A DNA stretch of 64,000 nt from Vulcanimicrobiota bacterium (lineage in GTDB: Bacteria > Vulcanimicrobiota > Vulcanimicrobiia > Vulcanimicrobiales > Vulcanimicrobiaceae): NCBI GenBank assembly GCA_963820825.1, contig CAWGBN010000009.1:128001-192000 (forward strand), given 5' to 3'. The notes under the pieces are model-generated. The model had not been told where the DNA came from and did not search any database. It saw only the letters and a list, made by a program, of their open reading frames with translations. Made by a program: the position numbers and the translations under genes. This document shows, piece after piece, positions 18,788-29,314 of the stretch (position 1 is its first letter; every line of letters begins with the position of its first letter).

Positions 18788-19031
18788 GTGCAAATCCTCA
18801 AGCAAGTACATTACGACGTAGCATGAGCCAGCGTATGCAACTACGTCAACCTGCGGGTCACCCCATCTTTGTCACTGCCTGCGTTAACCGCTGCTTAAGA
18901 CGAGACCGCTAATCGTGGATCGCGCACGGCTTTCCCAGGCCGCCGTAGGAGGCAAACGCGGCAAGAAGCGAGGTCTCGCTGGGCAGGCAGCGAACGCTGC
19001 TGCACTCGACTGCCCACTGAAAGGACATCCC

Positions 19032-19289
19032 ATGCGCAGACCGACGATCACGCACGTGGCAGCAGCGATCGCATTCGCTGCAGTTGCTTGCGCCACCGTA
19101 ACGCTCGCTACGGCGCAACCGGTGACCGTGGCACAGACGATGCCGCCGACTCCGCCGAGCCCCGAGGCGCCTACCGCGATGCCGAGCGCGCCGAGCGCAC
19201 CCGCGATGCCTGCTATGCCGACCGCTCCTGCGATGCCGGGCGCGCCGGCCGCCTCGCCGATGCCTTCCATGTCATCCGCTCCGATGTAG
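19032..19289 (+). CDS. Secreted Pro/Ala/Met-rich low-complexity peptide
   Basis: AAGGA RBS, signal peptide, repeated AMP/APxAP units. Confidence 0.7.
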   Translation: MRRPTITHVAAAIAFAAVACATVTLATAQPVTVAQTMPPTPPSPEAPTAMPSAPSAPAMPAMPTAPAMPGAPAASPMPSMSSAPM

Positions 19290-19388
19290 CGGCAAGCCAA
19301 GCGGCAGGCCGGGCTGCGTCCCGCCGACGAACTCGGGCATGGGTCCCCTTAACCATCTCGCCACTACTATCAAAAAGTAAGGAGGAAC

Positions 19389-21837
19389 ATGCGAAGATCA
19401 ACACGCGTGATGGCGTCAACGCTCGGACTGACGCTAACGCTCACCGCATGCGGAGGACAGAGTACTTCGATCCCTTGGGCCGGCACGAATAGTAACGGCC
19501 CAACCACCGAGTCGGCGGCCCGCACGGCAAAACCAGACCGGCCTCTCATCTCGGTTCCACAACTCACCGGTGACCTCGCCTATACCGACGCCGGCCGCCG
19601 CGGTAACAACGCGCCGGTTCGCGTCCAGCTGGTGCTGCGATACCGCGATCAGGCGGAACTCGATCACCTGGTTGCAAGCATTAGCGACCCGCGCTCCGGC
19701 GTAACGCGCCGCGCGCTTACACCGAAGCAGTTCAAGGAACGTTATGCGCCGACGGCGCTGCAAGAGGAACGCGTGGTGCGTGCCCTCGAGCGAGCCGGCT
19801 TCAGAATCGTCAAACGCTTTCCGAATCGCACGATCGTCGACGCGATTGCGCGTACCTCGGTCGTCGAGCGTTTTTTTTCGACGGAGATTCACACCGTACG
19901 TCAAGGTAAGTACGGCGAACGCTACACGAACGTCAAGCCGGCAACGGTCCCGCACGAAATCGCCGCGCTCGTTCGCGACGTTTCGCTCGACAACGTCGTC
20001 GTCGTCCGAACCGTCGCCGAGCAAGACGGCGTCGAGAGTCAGCGAACCGCGCCGCAGTTTCCGGTAGACGGCATGGGCCGGCCTCGCATTCCCCTCGCAC
20101 CGAGTGGAATCCGACCCGGCGATTCCAACGGCAACTTAGTCAACGGTACCTTTGAGAGCGGCTCGTTGACCCCGGGTTGGATCAACGAGAGCACGCGCAG
20201 CAGCTACGCGCAAGTTACCACGAGACAAGCCCATTCGGGCAGCTATTCGGCCTTCACGGGCTCGCTGCAGCCGCCGGAGATCAACGGCTGGGGCGCGATT
20301 GCACAGCTGGTAAAAGTGCCGGCAAACGGCGTGCTCTCGTTCTGGGTCTATCAGGGCTCCAACGAATCCCAGAAAGGCTACGGCACGAAATACGCGTGGC
20401 AGGCCGGTTACCTGCTCAACCAAAGCGGAACGATTCTCACGACGTTCTTTAAGACCGTCAATACCACCAACGGTTGGGTGAACTATCAGGTAAACCTCAG
20501 CGCGTACGCCGGTCAGACCGACTACATCTATTTCGGCTGTTACGGCGACGGCTATAGCCAAACGTACGTCTATCAATACGTCGACGACGTCGCTTGGGCT
20601 GGGGCGACACCCTCTCCATCGCCGACGCCGACGGCTACTCCCACGCCGCGGCCGACGCCGACGCCAACACCGACGCCGACGGCAAGCCCAACGCCGACGC
20701 CGCATCCTACTCCGACTCCGACGGCGACGCCGACCGCAACGCCGACGGCAAGCCCGACACCGACGGCAAGTCCGACGTCGACGCCGAGCAGCGGCTGCAA
20801 CGGTGCGGCTCCGGATAACGGACCGCTAACCAACTCCTCGGGAACGCTGGCAACCGGTGTGGCCAAGCCATTTGACTTCCCCGTTCAGCACGGATGCAAC
20901 GGAGCCGGTTACACCGCCGCGATCGCCATCGACGATCCGGTCAACAAGAGCTACCTCACCACGTATCTCTCGGCAGCCGGCGTAACCCAAACCGGTACCG
21001 TAACGAACGAAACCGTCGACGGCGGGGGAAGCGGTGACGAACCCGAGACCGACCTCGACGTGCAGACCATCGCCGGATTGGCACCGGGAGCGAATATCAT
21101 CGTCTACGACATGGGCTCGCTCACCGACCAAGCCATCGAGGACACCTATAACCAGGCGCTCAGCGACGCCAAGGCGACTGCGGTGAACTCATCGTTCGGC
21201 GGTTGTGAATCGAGCGACGTCTCCTTCGCCGATGCGACGAACTCCATCGCGCAACAGGGCGCCGCGGAGGGCGTTGAGTTCTCGGCTTCGAGCGGCGACT
21301 CGGGCAGCAACGAGTGCGGCGGAAAAGGAGTCCAGTGCACCCGCGGGCGGTCCGTACTTCTCGTCGATCGGCGGCATCGACTTCACCGACAACAGCAACG
21401 GTCAGCTCCTGACGGTTACCATGGGCAACGTCAGCGGCGACTCGGGCGGCGGCGGCGTCTCGACCGTCTTCGCCCTGCCTAGTTACCAGAGCGGGATCAC
21501 CGGAATGATTACGACGGGTCGCAATCAACCCGACTTCTCGCTGCCGTTCTATCCGGTCGCCGTCTACACGGGCGGCAGCTGGGGTGAATACTTGGGAACT
21601 TCTTGGTCGTCGCCCGCTTCGGTGGCGCTGATCCTGGAAGCCAACGAACTCCACTCCACCAAGCTGGGATGGATCGACCCAACGATCTACAGCCTATTTG
21701 CCTCTACCGGATACAGCACGTACTACACGCCCTGTACTTCCGGCAACAACGGAGCGTACTCGTGTAACGCTTCGCAATATAATCAGGCTGCAGGAATCGG
21801 AGCTCCGAAGGGCTGGGCACTCGCCAACGCTCTCTGA
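19389..21837 (+). CDS. S53 (sedolisin/kumamolisin) lipoprotein with +1 frameshift at ~21332
   Basis: AAGGAGG RBS, LTAC lipobox, prodomain, CBM-like insert, PT linker, ETDLD, SSGDSG; GTSWSSP in second frame; removing one C at 21332-21333 restores GVSAPAGGP. Confidence 0.85.
20611..20790 (+). repeat. Pro-Thr linker-coding tandem repeats
   Basis: (CCGACG)n-like, encodes PSPSPTPTATPTP... Confidence 0.85.
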
Positions 21838-21845
21838 GCTTAACG

Positions 21846-21873
21846 GCGGGGATGCGCTACGGCGCATCCCCGC
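21846..21873. terminator. Hairpin between convergent genes, probable bidirectional terminator
   Basis: GCGGGGATGCGC-TACG-GCGCATCCCCGC, perfect 12-bp stem; no clear U tract. Confidence 0.7.
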
Positions 21874-22416
21874 TCAATGGCTGCGGTCGCCCGTGACCTC
21901 CACCCACTGCGGCTGCGAAATTCCGTAAACGTAGATCGGCTTCCCGAGGCGATTGGTATCGAGGCGTTTGAGCCGCGTCATTCCGTTTCGCTGCGCGACG
22001 GCAATTGAAGGCACGTTGTTGACGTCGATGAACGAGACGACGCGATCGGGTTCGAGATTGGCGAAGGCCCAATCGCGACACGCCCGCGCGGCCTCGGTCG
22101 CATACCCCATCTTCCAGAATTCCGGCAACAGCATGTACGCGACCTCCACGTCCTCTCGTGCGTCGACGTCGTCCCAATGCAGCAGGCCGATCTGGCCGGC
22201 ATACGCGCCGTCCTCTCTTCGTTCGACTGCGAACAACGAGTACCCGTGTCTGGCATACGAGGCGAGAATCGAATCGAGCACCTTTTGACAGCGCTCCACG
22301 TCGTAAGTTTCGGGATAGTAGCGCATGACGAGCGGATCGCTCATGACGCGGTGAACGAGATCGACTTCGCCCTCACGATAACGCCGCAGCCGTAGGCGCG
22401 GCGTCTCAATCAGCAC
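21874..22416 (-). CDS. GNAT acetyltransferase, RimJ/RimL family
   Basis: IETPRLRLR, EVAYML...WKMGYATEAA, NVPSIAVAQRNGM. Confidence 0.9.
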   Translation of the reverse strand: MLIETPRLRLRRYREGEVDLVHRVMSDPLVMRYYPETYDVERCQKVLDSILASYARHGYSLFAVERREDGAYAGQIGLLHWDDVDAREDVEVAYMLLPEFWKMGYATEAARACRDWAFANLEPDRVVSFIDVNNVPSIAVAQRNGMTRLKRLDTNRLGKPIYVYGISQPQWVEVTGDRSH

Positions 22417-23078
22417 TTCCGGGTGAGGCTGTAGCCGCCGCCGGTCAGATGTTTACCGTCGGCCGAAAGCGTCAGCGTGTGATTGCCGTAGTAGGTCAGC
22501 GTTACCGTGTTGCCCTTGATGCCCCAGTTGCCCGAGACGCCGTCGCTATCGGTGAGGTCGCCGTTGAGCTCCATCGTAAACGTCTTTTTCGAATCGCTAT
22601 CCGAGACCCAGGTGCCGACGAGATTCGTCGTCGCGCAGCCGGTCGGCACCGGCGTCGGCGTCGGCATCGCCGCGAGTTCCTTGATCGCGCCGCCGTAGAA
22701 CTTGTGCGCGACGTTCAAGCACAGATCGGTCGCTCCATACGGATTATCCGGCAGCTGCACCGCGCAGGTGAAGGTCACGACGTAGCCTTTCGGAAGCGCG
22801 TAGCAGCGCACCACGGCCGTTGCCGTCGGCGCTCCGGCAAGACCGACGGCCGAATGCGCGATCCAATCGCCGCTTCCGGGATTCGACTCGGCTGCATCTT
22901 GCAAGAAGGCGTCGAGCGACGACTTCGCCTTGGCGCCGCAATCGGTGAGCGAACCATCGGGGCTCACGTGCCGGATTCCCACCGAGAGGTCGACCGAGGC
23001 CGGTGCGCTCGAGCCGCACCAAATCGTCGCGACCGTCAGCCCGGCGAGCGCGAGTGCGGCTCGTCGAAGCGACTCCAT
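22410..23078 (-). CDS. Secreted Cys-rich hypothetical protein with C-terminal LVGTW beta domain
   Basis: Signal peptide, 4-Cys domain, PTPTP linker, NLVGTW domain. Confidence 0.75.
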   Translation of the reverse strand: MESLRRAALALAGLTVATIWCGSSAPASVDLSVGIRHVSPDGSLTDCGAKAKSSLDAFLQDAAESNPGSGDWIAHSAVGLAGAPTATAVVRCYALPKGYVVTFTCAVQLPDNPYGATDLCLNVAHKFYGGAIKELAAMPTPTPVPTGCATTNLVGTWVSDSDSKKTFTMELNGDLTDSDGVSGNWGIKGNTVTLTYYGNHTLTLSADGKHLTGGGYSLTRKC

Positions 23079-23497
23079 TACGGTTGACCTCCAAACGCCG
23101 CCGAGAGCTTAGAGCAGATCACGCTCGCCGCCTCGGTCGCGGGCGGCGTCTGCGACGCGCAGGTAAACGTGACGAGATAGCCGTTGACGTCGTCGAGCGG
23201 ATAGCAGTGAATCGCAGCGGCCGCAAACGAGTTACCCGATGCGTCGGTGGCGCCGTAGCCTTCCCACTCCCCGGTATCGCCGATTTCGGCGACCTTTCCA
23301 AGCACCGAACCTAGCGCGGCACTCGCTTTGGAGTTGCAGTTGCTCAGCGGCTGATTTTTCACGACGTTGCGATCGCCAACGACCACGTCGAGTGAGGCCG
23401 GTGCGTTCGCTCGTGCGGCACCGAATGCCAGCGCCAGGCCGAGTGCAGATGCGATGATGCGAAAGCGTGACGGTTTAGTCAAGGGCGCCCTCCTCAA
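23078..23497 (-). CDS. Secreted Cys-rich hypothetical protein, paralog of the neighbour's N-domain
   Basis: Shared C..KA, G(E/D)W, CY.L, GY.VTFTCA and terminal C; TAATG coupling. Confidence 0.75.
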   Translation of the reverse strand: MRRAPLTKPSRFRIIASALGLALAFGAARANAPASLDVVVGDRNVVKNQPLSNCNSKASAALGSVLGKVAEIGDTGEWEGYGATDASGNSFAAAAIHCYPLDDVNGYLVTFTCASQTPPATEAASVICSKLSAAFGGQP

Positions 23498-23572
23498 GAG
23501 CGGAATGCGTTAGACGACAGCGCAGTCCTCCCCTATGGGAGGCCTGGCGCTTTCCTACCGGAAGCTTAGCGC

Positions 23573-25660
23573 ATGAAACGTGCCGTAGCCTCCGTTGCAT
23601 GCATCGCGTTCCTCGCCGTCACAGCCCCGCCGAGCGATCCGTTCTTGTGGCTGGAAAACGTACACGGCACCCGCGCGATGGCCTGGGTGCAAGCCCAGAA
23701 TGCCCGAACGCTCGGCGTGCTCAAGAGCGATCCGAACTTCGCGGGTCTCTATGCCGACGCGCTCAAGATCGTGGAGGCAAAGGATCGGATTCCCACGCCG
23801 GAGTTCGTCGCGCGCGACGTCTACAATTTCTGGCAAGACGCGGCGCACGTGCGCGGCATCTGGCGGCGCACCACGCCCGCCGATTTCGCCGCCGCCGAGC
23901 CAAACTGGACGACGGTCCTCGACCTAGACGCGCTTTCGGCGAGCGAACACGCCAACTGGGTCTGGAAGGGCGCCGATTGCGCGTGGCCGAGCGAGTCCCG
24001 CTGTCTGCTCTATCTCTCCGACGGCGGCGAAGACGCGATCGCCGCGCGCGAGTACGACGTGAACGCCAAGCAGTTCGTCGCCGATGGATTCAGCCTGCCG
24101 CGAGCCAAGCAGCGAACGGCCTGGGAGAGCCCGGACTCGCTCTTGGTCTCGCGCGATTGGTCGCCCGGCGAGTTGACGACGTCGGGCTACCCGTACGTCG
24201 TCAAACGCCTGCACCGCGGCCAAACCCTCGCCGACGCCGTCGAAGTCTTCCGCGGAGCGAAATCGGACGGCGGCTACGGCGTTACCCCGGCCGTCTTTCA
24301 CGACGGTGCGGGGAATGCGGCAACGATGATCGAGCGGCCGCTCTCGACCTTCAAGTCGGAGTACTATCTCGTAACGTCGAGCGGCCCGCAGAAGCTCGCC
24401 GTGCCGCTCCAATCGCAGCCGATGGCACTCGTCGCCGGGCGGCTGCTCTTCACCCTGCAAGAGAATTGGAGCGTGAACGGCTCGAGCTTCCCGCAAGGAT
24501 CGCTCGTCGCGCTCGACCTCGCCGCGGCGAGCGCCGATCCGGCAAATCTCAAACCGACGCTCGTCTATGCGCCCGGACCGCGTGAAATGCTCGACACGGT
24601 CGCGCAGACGAGCTCGCAACTGGTCGTCACGACGTACGAAAACGTGCGCGGCCGAGGATGGATCTATACGCCGGCCGCCGGCGGCTGGTCGAAGACGCGT
24701 CTCGACCTTCCCGACAACTCGACGGTTGCCGTCAACGATGCCGATCAGCAGGGCGAGACCGCCTACATCACCGCGACGAGTTTCCTGACGCCTCCCTCGC
24801 TCTGGCAGCTCGATACGGCGACCGGCGCGCTGCGCGTCGTGAAGACCTCACCGGCGCGATTCGACGCCTCGAACGACGCCGTCGAGCAGCGCGAGGCGAC
24901 CTCGAAGGACGGAACGCAGATTCCGTACTTCATCGTCCATCCCAAGAACATGCAGCTCAACGGAGAGAATCCGACGCTGCTCTACGCCTACGGAGGCTTT
25001 AAGGTTTCGGAGACGCCGAACTACAGCGGGATTCTCGGCAAGCTGTGGCTCGAGCGCGGCGGCGTCTACGTGCTCGCGAACATTCGCGGCGGCGGCGAGT
25101 TCGGCCCCGCGTGGCACGAAGCCGGTCTCACCACGCATCGTCAGCGCATCTACGACGACTTTGCCGCGGTCGCCGAAGACCTCATCGCGACCAGAGTGAC
25201 CAACCCGGGCCGGCTCGGCATCGAGGGCGGATCGAACGGCGGACTCTTGATGGGAGTTGAGTTTACGCAACACCCCGAACTCTGGCGCGCCGTGGACATT
25301 CAAGTCCCGCTCCTCGACATGCTGCGCTACGAACAGATCGAGGCGGGCGAATCGTGGACCGGCGAGTACGGCAGCGTCTCGAATCCGGAGCAGCGCGCCT
25401 TTCTGGCGAAGATCTCGCCGTATAACAATCTCCAGGCCGGCGTCCACTATCCCGAGCCGCTCATTTGGACGACGACGAAGGACGATCGCGTCGGCCCGCA
25501 GCACGCGCGCAAGTTCGCCGCAAAGCTGGCATCGCTGCACGATCCGTATCTCTTCTATGAGGTTATCGAGGGCGGGCACGCCTCCGGTGCCAACCTGCGC
25601 GAACGCGCCTTTACGAGCGCCCTCGAGATGACCTACTTCATCCGAAAGCTGATGAACTAG
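23573..25660 (+). CDS. Prolyl oligopeptidase (S9A)
   Basis: DPFLWLE, YAYGGF, NIRGGGEFG, GGSNGG, DDRV, GGH. Confidence 0.95.
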   Translation: MKRAVASVACIAFLAVTAPPSDPFLWLENVHGTRAMAWVQAQNARTLGVLKSDPNFAGLYADALKIVEAKDRIPTPEFVARDVYNFWQDAAHVRGIWRRTTPADFAAAEPNWTTVLDLDALSASEHANWVWKGADCAWPSESRCLLYLSDGGEDAIAAREYDVNAKQFVADGFSLPRAKQRTAWESPDSLLVSRDWSPGELTTSGYPYVVKRLHRGQTLADAVEVFRGAKSDGGYGVTPAVFHDGAGNAATMIERPLSTFKSEYYLVTSSGPQKLAVPLQSQPMALVAGRLLFTLQENWSVNGSSFPQGSLVALDLAAASADPANLKPTLVYAPGPREMLDTVAQTSSQLVVTTYENVRGRGWIYTPAAGGWSKTRLDLPDNSTVAVNDADQQGETAYITATSFLTPPSLWQLDTATGALRVVKTSPARFDASNDAVEQREATSKDGTQIPYFIVHPKNMQLNGENPTLLYAYGGFKVSETPNYSGILGKLWLERGGVYVLANIRGGGEFGPAWHEAGLTTHRQRIYDDFAAVAEDLIATRVTNPGRLGIEGGSNGGLLMGVEFTQHPELWRAVDIQVPLLDMLRYEQIEAGESWTGEYGSVSNPEQRAFLAKISPYNNLQAGVHYPEPLIWTTTKDDRVGPQHARKFAAKLASLHDPYLFYEVIEGGHASGANLRERAFTSALEMTYFIRKLMN

Positions 25661-25672
25661 GGGAGGAAGCCT

Positions 25673-26459
25673 CTAAAGGCGCAGCGCGCGTTCGGCGTTG
25701 CGGTGGCAGATCTTCTCGCGCTGCTCCTCGGTAATCGGCGCGCGGTCGATCCAGTCGGCGGCCTCCTTCGTCTCCTCGTACGGATAGTCGACCGAGAAGA
25801 GGACGCGGTCTTCGCCCATCTCGGCGATTGCGCATAACAGCGCGGAGTCCTGACAGGCGCCGGTGGTGGTGATCAGGAGGTTGGAGTGAAAGTACTCCGA
25901 GGGCTTCTTCTTGATTTTATTTGCGCTCGCGGTATCGTGAAGACGCTTGTCGATACGCCATGCAAAATACGGTAAGGTCTCGCCCATGTGTCCGAGGATG
26001 AACGTCAGCGCGGGATAGCGATCGAAGAGTCCGCGCTGAGGATCAGGCGCAGAAAGTGCGTCGAGTTGTCGAGGCTCCAGCCCCAGACCGCGCCCTGCAA
26101 ATCCGGATATCCCTCGATGACGTACGGCTGCACGTACGGATCGGCGGGATGGATGTAGACGGGCACGTCGAGCTCGAGCACCATCTCCCAAAACGGATAG
26201 TATCGCGGATCGTCCAGATAGACCCCGTTGGTGTTGCCGTTGATGAGCGCGCCGACGAAACCGAGCTCGTTCACGCAGCGCTGGAGCTCTTTGGAGGCCT
26301 CGGAGACGTCTTGCAGCGCGAGATGCGCGAAGGCGCGATACCGATCGGGATGGTGAGCGCGGCCCTCTTCTCGGCGTCCGGGACGAGCGCGAGCGTTTTT
26401 TCGAGATACTTCTCTAGACCGGGAGCGGTGAGCGCCTCTTCGAGCGCGATCTTCTTCAC
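25673..26459 (-). pseudogene. Amidohydrolase-family aromatic acid decarboxylase (2,3-DHBD/LigW-like), disrupted
   Basis: Three frames: KKIALEEA; HPDRYRAFAHL...YIHP; GHMGETLP...FSVDYPYE. Internal deletion at ~26352 and 2-bp insertion at ~26033. Confidence 0.8.
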
Positions 26460-26491
26460 GTTTGCTCTGCCTTTCTCGGTTGCGGCGTTCG

Positions 26492-27820
26492 CTAGTCGTT
26501 GTCGGGAGGAACGAAGGACGGCCGCTCCCTGGCGAAGGTCGATTCGGGATAGCGTGCTCGAATAGGAGAGAACGCGCGCGGGCCTTTCGTAAAATCGAAC
26601 GCGTCGAACATGCCGTTCGCACGGGTGTCGGTGAATCCGCTCGACGGCGGACCGACGGGCGGCAGACCGAAGAGCGCTTCAACGGTCTTCAGAATGCTGC
26701 CGTACTCGTATTGCGTATGCGCGACGTACCCGCGCTTTGCATACGGCGAGATGACGATGCAGGGAACGCGGATGCCCAGACCACGGAAGTCGAGCTGCGG
26801 CGGAGGGGCATCGTCGTACCAGCCGCCCCAGTCGTCCCAAAGCACGAAGATTGCCGTCGAGTCCCAATTCGGGCTCTCGCCGATCGCGTTGACGATCGAG
26901 GCCACCCACGACGGGCCGCGATCGGAGCCGCTGCCGGTGTGGTCGGAGTCGACCCAGTCCGGCGTCACCCACGAGACACCGGCGAGCTCTCCGCTTCGCG
27001 CATCGGCGAGAATCTTCGTCTGCGGGGAGATGACGTTCTTCCAATCGGGACCGTAGCGCACCGCACGTACCGCTGAGAACTCCGACCAAACCTTGCCGCC
27101 GATGTGACTGAGCGGAGAGGCGTAGTACTTCCAGGAGACTCCGGCGGCATCGAGCCGATCGGCGAGCGTGGGGAAGTGGTCGAAACACGGAAACGGCCCG
27201 TTGAATCGTTCGATGCGATGCGCGTTGAGCGTGAAGCTGCGCGCTCCCGGCGGGGCTTCGCATCCCCATTTAATCGTATCGGGTGCGTCTACTTCGGCGA
27301 TCGGCCCGCGTTCGATCGTCGTATTTCCCGCGATCAGGCTCAAGTGGGCGGTGAAGCTCGGGCCGAACTCGGTGGGAAACATGCGATCGGCGAGCACGTA
27401 CTGCTTGGCCATCGCCCAATACGGCGCCGATTCGTCGCGCGGCACGTAGGCGTACGCGAAGTCGAGCGGACCGCCGTAAAAGTGCTCGTGCTCGAAGCCG
27501 TTCATCTTGCCGCCGTTCCAGCCGCTGATCGAATCGCGCCAGTTGTTTTCGATATTGCCGGGATTCTCGAGTGCGGTCGGATGCAAAGCGATGCGCTTCT
27601 TACCGGCAAAGCCGAAGCGCGGAGCGTCGGCGCCGGGAAAGCCGCTGAAGAGATTGTCGAAGCTGCGGTTCTCCTGGATGACGATGACGACGTGTTTGAT
27701 GTAGCGGCTCGGCGGCGCGGCGCCCGGCGTCACGGAAGGCGCGGTGCTGCCGCCGCAGCCGGCGCCCCACGCAGCCAATAGTAAGAGTGAGACTCGCGGG
27801 ACGAGCCGGCACGCTAGCAC
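26492..27820 (-). CDS. Phosphoesterase / non-specific phospholipase C family lipoprotein
   Basis: HVVIVIQENRSFDN, LADRMF, WDDWGGWYD, GIRVP; lipobox-like GAGC. Confidence 0.92.
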   Translation of the reverse strand: MLACRLVPRVSLLLLAAWGAGCGGSTAPSVTPGAAPPSRYIKHVVIVIQENRSFDNLFSGFPGADAPRFGFAGKKRIALHPTALENPGNIENNWRDSISGWNGGKMNGFEHEHFYGGPLDFAYAYVPRDESAPYWAMAKQYVLADRMFPTEFGPSFTAHLSLIAGNTTIERGPIAEVDAPDTIKWGCEAPPGARSFTLNAHRIERFNGPFPCFDHFPTLADRLDAAGVSWKYYASPLSHIGGKVWSEFSAVRAVRYGPDWKNVISPQTKILADARSGELAGVSWVTPDWVDSDHTGSGSDRGPSWVASIVNAIGESPNWDSTAIFVLWDDWGGWYDDAPPPQLDFRGLGIRVPCIVISPYAKRGYVAHTQYEYGSILKTVEALFGLPPVGPPSSGFTDTRANGMFDAFDFTKGPRAFSPIRARYPESTFARERPSFVPPDND

Positions 27821-27881
27821 GTCAACGGTCTTCCGCGAGCGTCAGAGGCCGCCCTTGCACGGCGCTTGCTTGAGTGAGATA

Positions 27882-29258
27882 ATGCGCGAAACCGTGGGCA
27901 ACACAGCAACCGCAACACTGGCAAGTCTCTTTTGCCTAGCCGCCTGCACGCCCGCGGCGTTCGCCCCCGGCGCTCGCGCATCGTACGACTGGAGCACGAC
28001 CGCGAGAGCCGCCGCAGAGGGCAAGCACGTCGATCACATCGTCGTCGTCATCCAAGAGAATCGAAGTTTCGATAACTTCTTTGCGACCTTCCCGGGAGCC
28101 GACGGCGCGACCGAGGGCGTCATGAAGACGCCCAGCGGCCAGGAGGTCGTCCAACTGCAAGAGAGCCGGCTGGAGATGGATAGTCTCGGACACGAGCATT
28201 ACTCGTTCGTGCTCGAGTACGATCACGGAAAGATGGACGGGTTTAACCTCGTCAAACGCGCGTTGCCCCACGGCGTCAAAGTGAAGTCGGGGACGTACGC
28301 CTACCGTTACGTCAATCCGAACGACATCGTGCCGTACTGGACGATGGCCGAGCAGTACGTGCTCGCCGACCACATGTTCTCGACGCAGAGCAGCAGCAGC
28401 TTCACCGCCCATCAGGACTTGATCGCCGGCGGCACGCCGGTCGGCGACGGCAACAACGTGATCGACTTTCCGTCGCCCTCGAGTTGGGGATGCAACGCGC
28501 CTCCGGGAACCGTCACCTCGCTGATCACGTCGAGCGGCCGGTATCTGCGCGACAAGGGCCCGTACCCGTGCTTCACCTACCCCACGCTGCGCGATCTGCT
28601 CGACGCGAAGAAGCTCTCCTGGCTCTACTTCACCAACACCTCGAAATCGTACGTCTGGAACGCCTTCGATGCAATCTCGGCGGTGCGCAACGGACCCGAG
28701 TGGGAGACGAATATCGTCATCCCGCAGACGAGGATCTACCAGACGATCGAAGCCGCCCAGCTTCCCGCCGTTTCGTGGGTGCTGCCCGACTCGCTCGATT
28801 CCGATCACCCCGGGCTCCACTCCGACACCGGGCCATCCTGGGTCGCAAGCGTGGTCAACGCGATCGGCGAGAGCGCCTACTGGTCGAGCACGGCGATCGT
28901 CGTCGTGTGGGACGATTGGGGCGGATACTACGACAACGTTGCGCCGCCGCAGGTCGACGGACAGGGCTACGGCTTTCGCGTTCCGATGCTGGTCATATCG
29001 CCCTACGCGCGCGAGAGCACGCCGAACGTCCCCGGCTACATCTCGCACACGCAGTATAACTTCGGAAGCATCGTCAGATTCATCGAAGATAACTTCCGGC
29101 TCGGACGTCTCGGCACGTCCGACGTCGATTCGAAGAGCATCGTCGACTGCTTCGATTTCAATCGGCCGCCGCGCGCGTTCATCCCAATTGCCGAAAAATA
29201 TTCGAAGAAATACTTCGAACGCCGGCCACCGTCTGGTCTTCCGCTCGACGACGAATAG
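27882..29258 (+). CDS. Phosphoesterase / phospholipase C family lipoprotein (divergent paralog)
   Basis: HIVVVIQENRSFDN, WDDWGGYYD, GFRVP; LAAC lipobox; start approximate. Confidence 0.92.
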   Translation: MRETVGNTATATLASLFCLAACTPAAFAPGARASYDWSTTARAAAEGKHVDHIVVVIQENRSFDNFFATFPGADGATEGVMKTPSGQEVVQLQESRLEMDSLGHEHYSFVLEYDHGKMDGFNLVKRALPHGVKVKSGTYAYRYVNPNDIVPYWTMAEQYVLADHMFSTQSSSSFTAHQDLIAGGTPVGDGNNVIDFPSPSSWGCNAPPGTVTSLITSSGRYLRDKGPYPCFTYPTLRDLLDAKKLSWLYFTNTSKSYVWNAFDAISAVRNGPEWETNIVIPQTRIYQTIEAAQLPAVSWVLPDSLDSDHPGLHSDTGPSWVASVVNAIGESAYWSSTAIVVVWDDWGGYYDNVAPPQVDGQGYGFRVPMLVISPYARESTPNVPGYISHTQYNFGSIVRFIEDNFRLGRLGTSDVDSKSIVDCFDFNRPPRAFIPIAEKYSKKYFERRPPSGLPLDDE

Positions 29259-29314
29259 GTAGCGAGCGCCTCCCCTGAAGCGTGGGAACGCTTCGCTGTG
29301 GGAAAAGTAGGCCA

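Noticed and set aside
18815..18847. GACGTAG...CTACGTC inverted repeat upstream of the ABM-like gene
   Set aside because: Possible operator, but short, single and without an adjacent regulator.
20611..20790. Tandem CCGACG-type repeats as a VNTR or non-coding array
   Set aside because: Fully explained as the Pro-Thr linker of the S53 protein.
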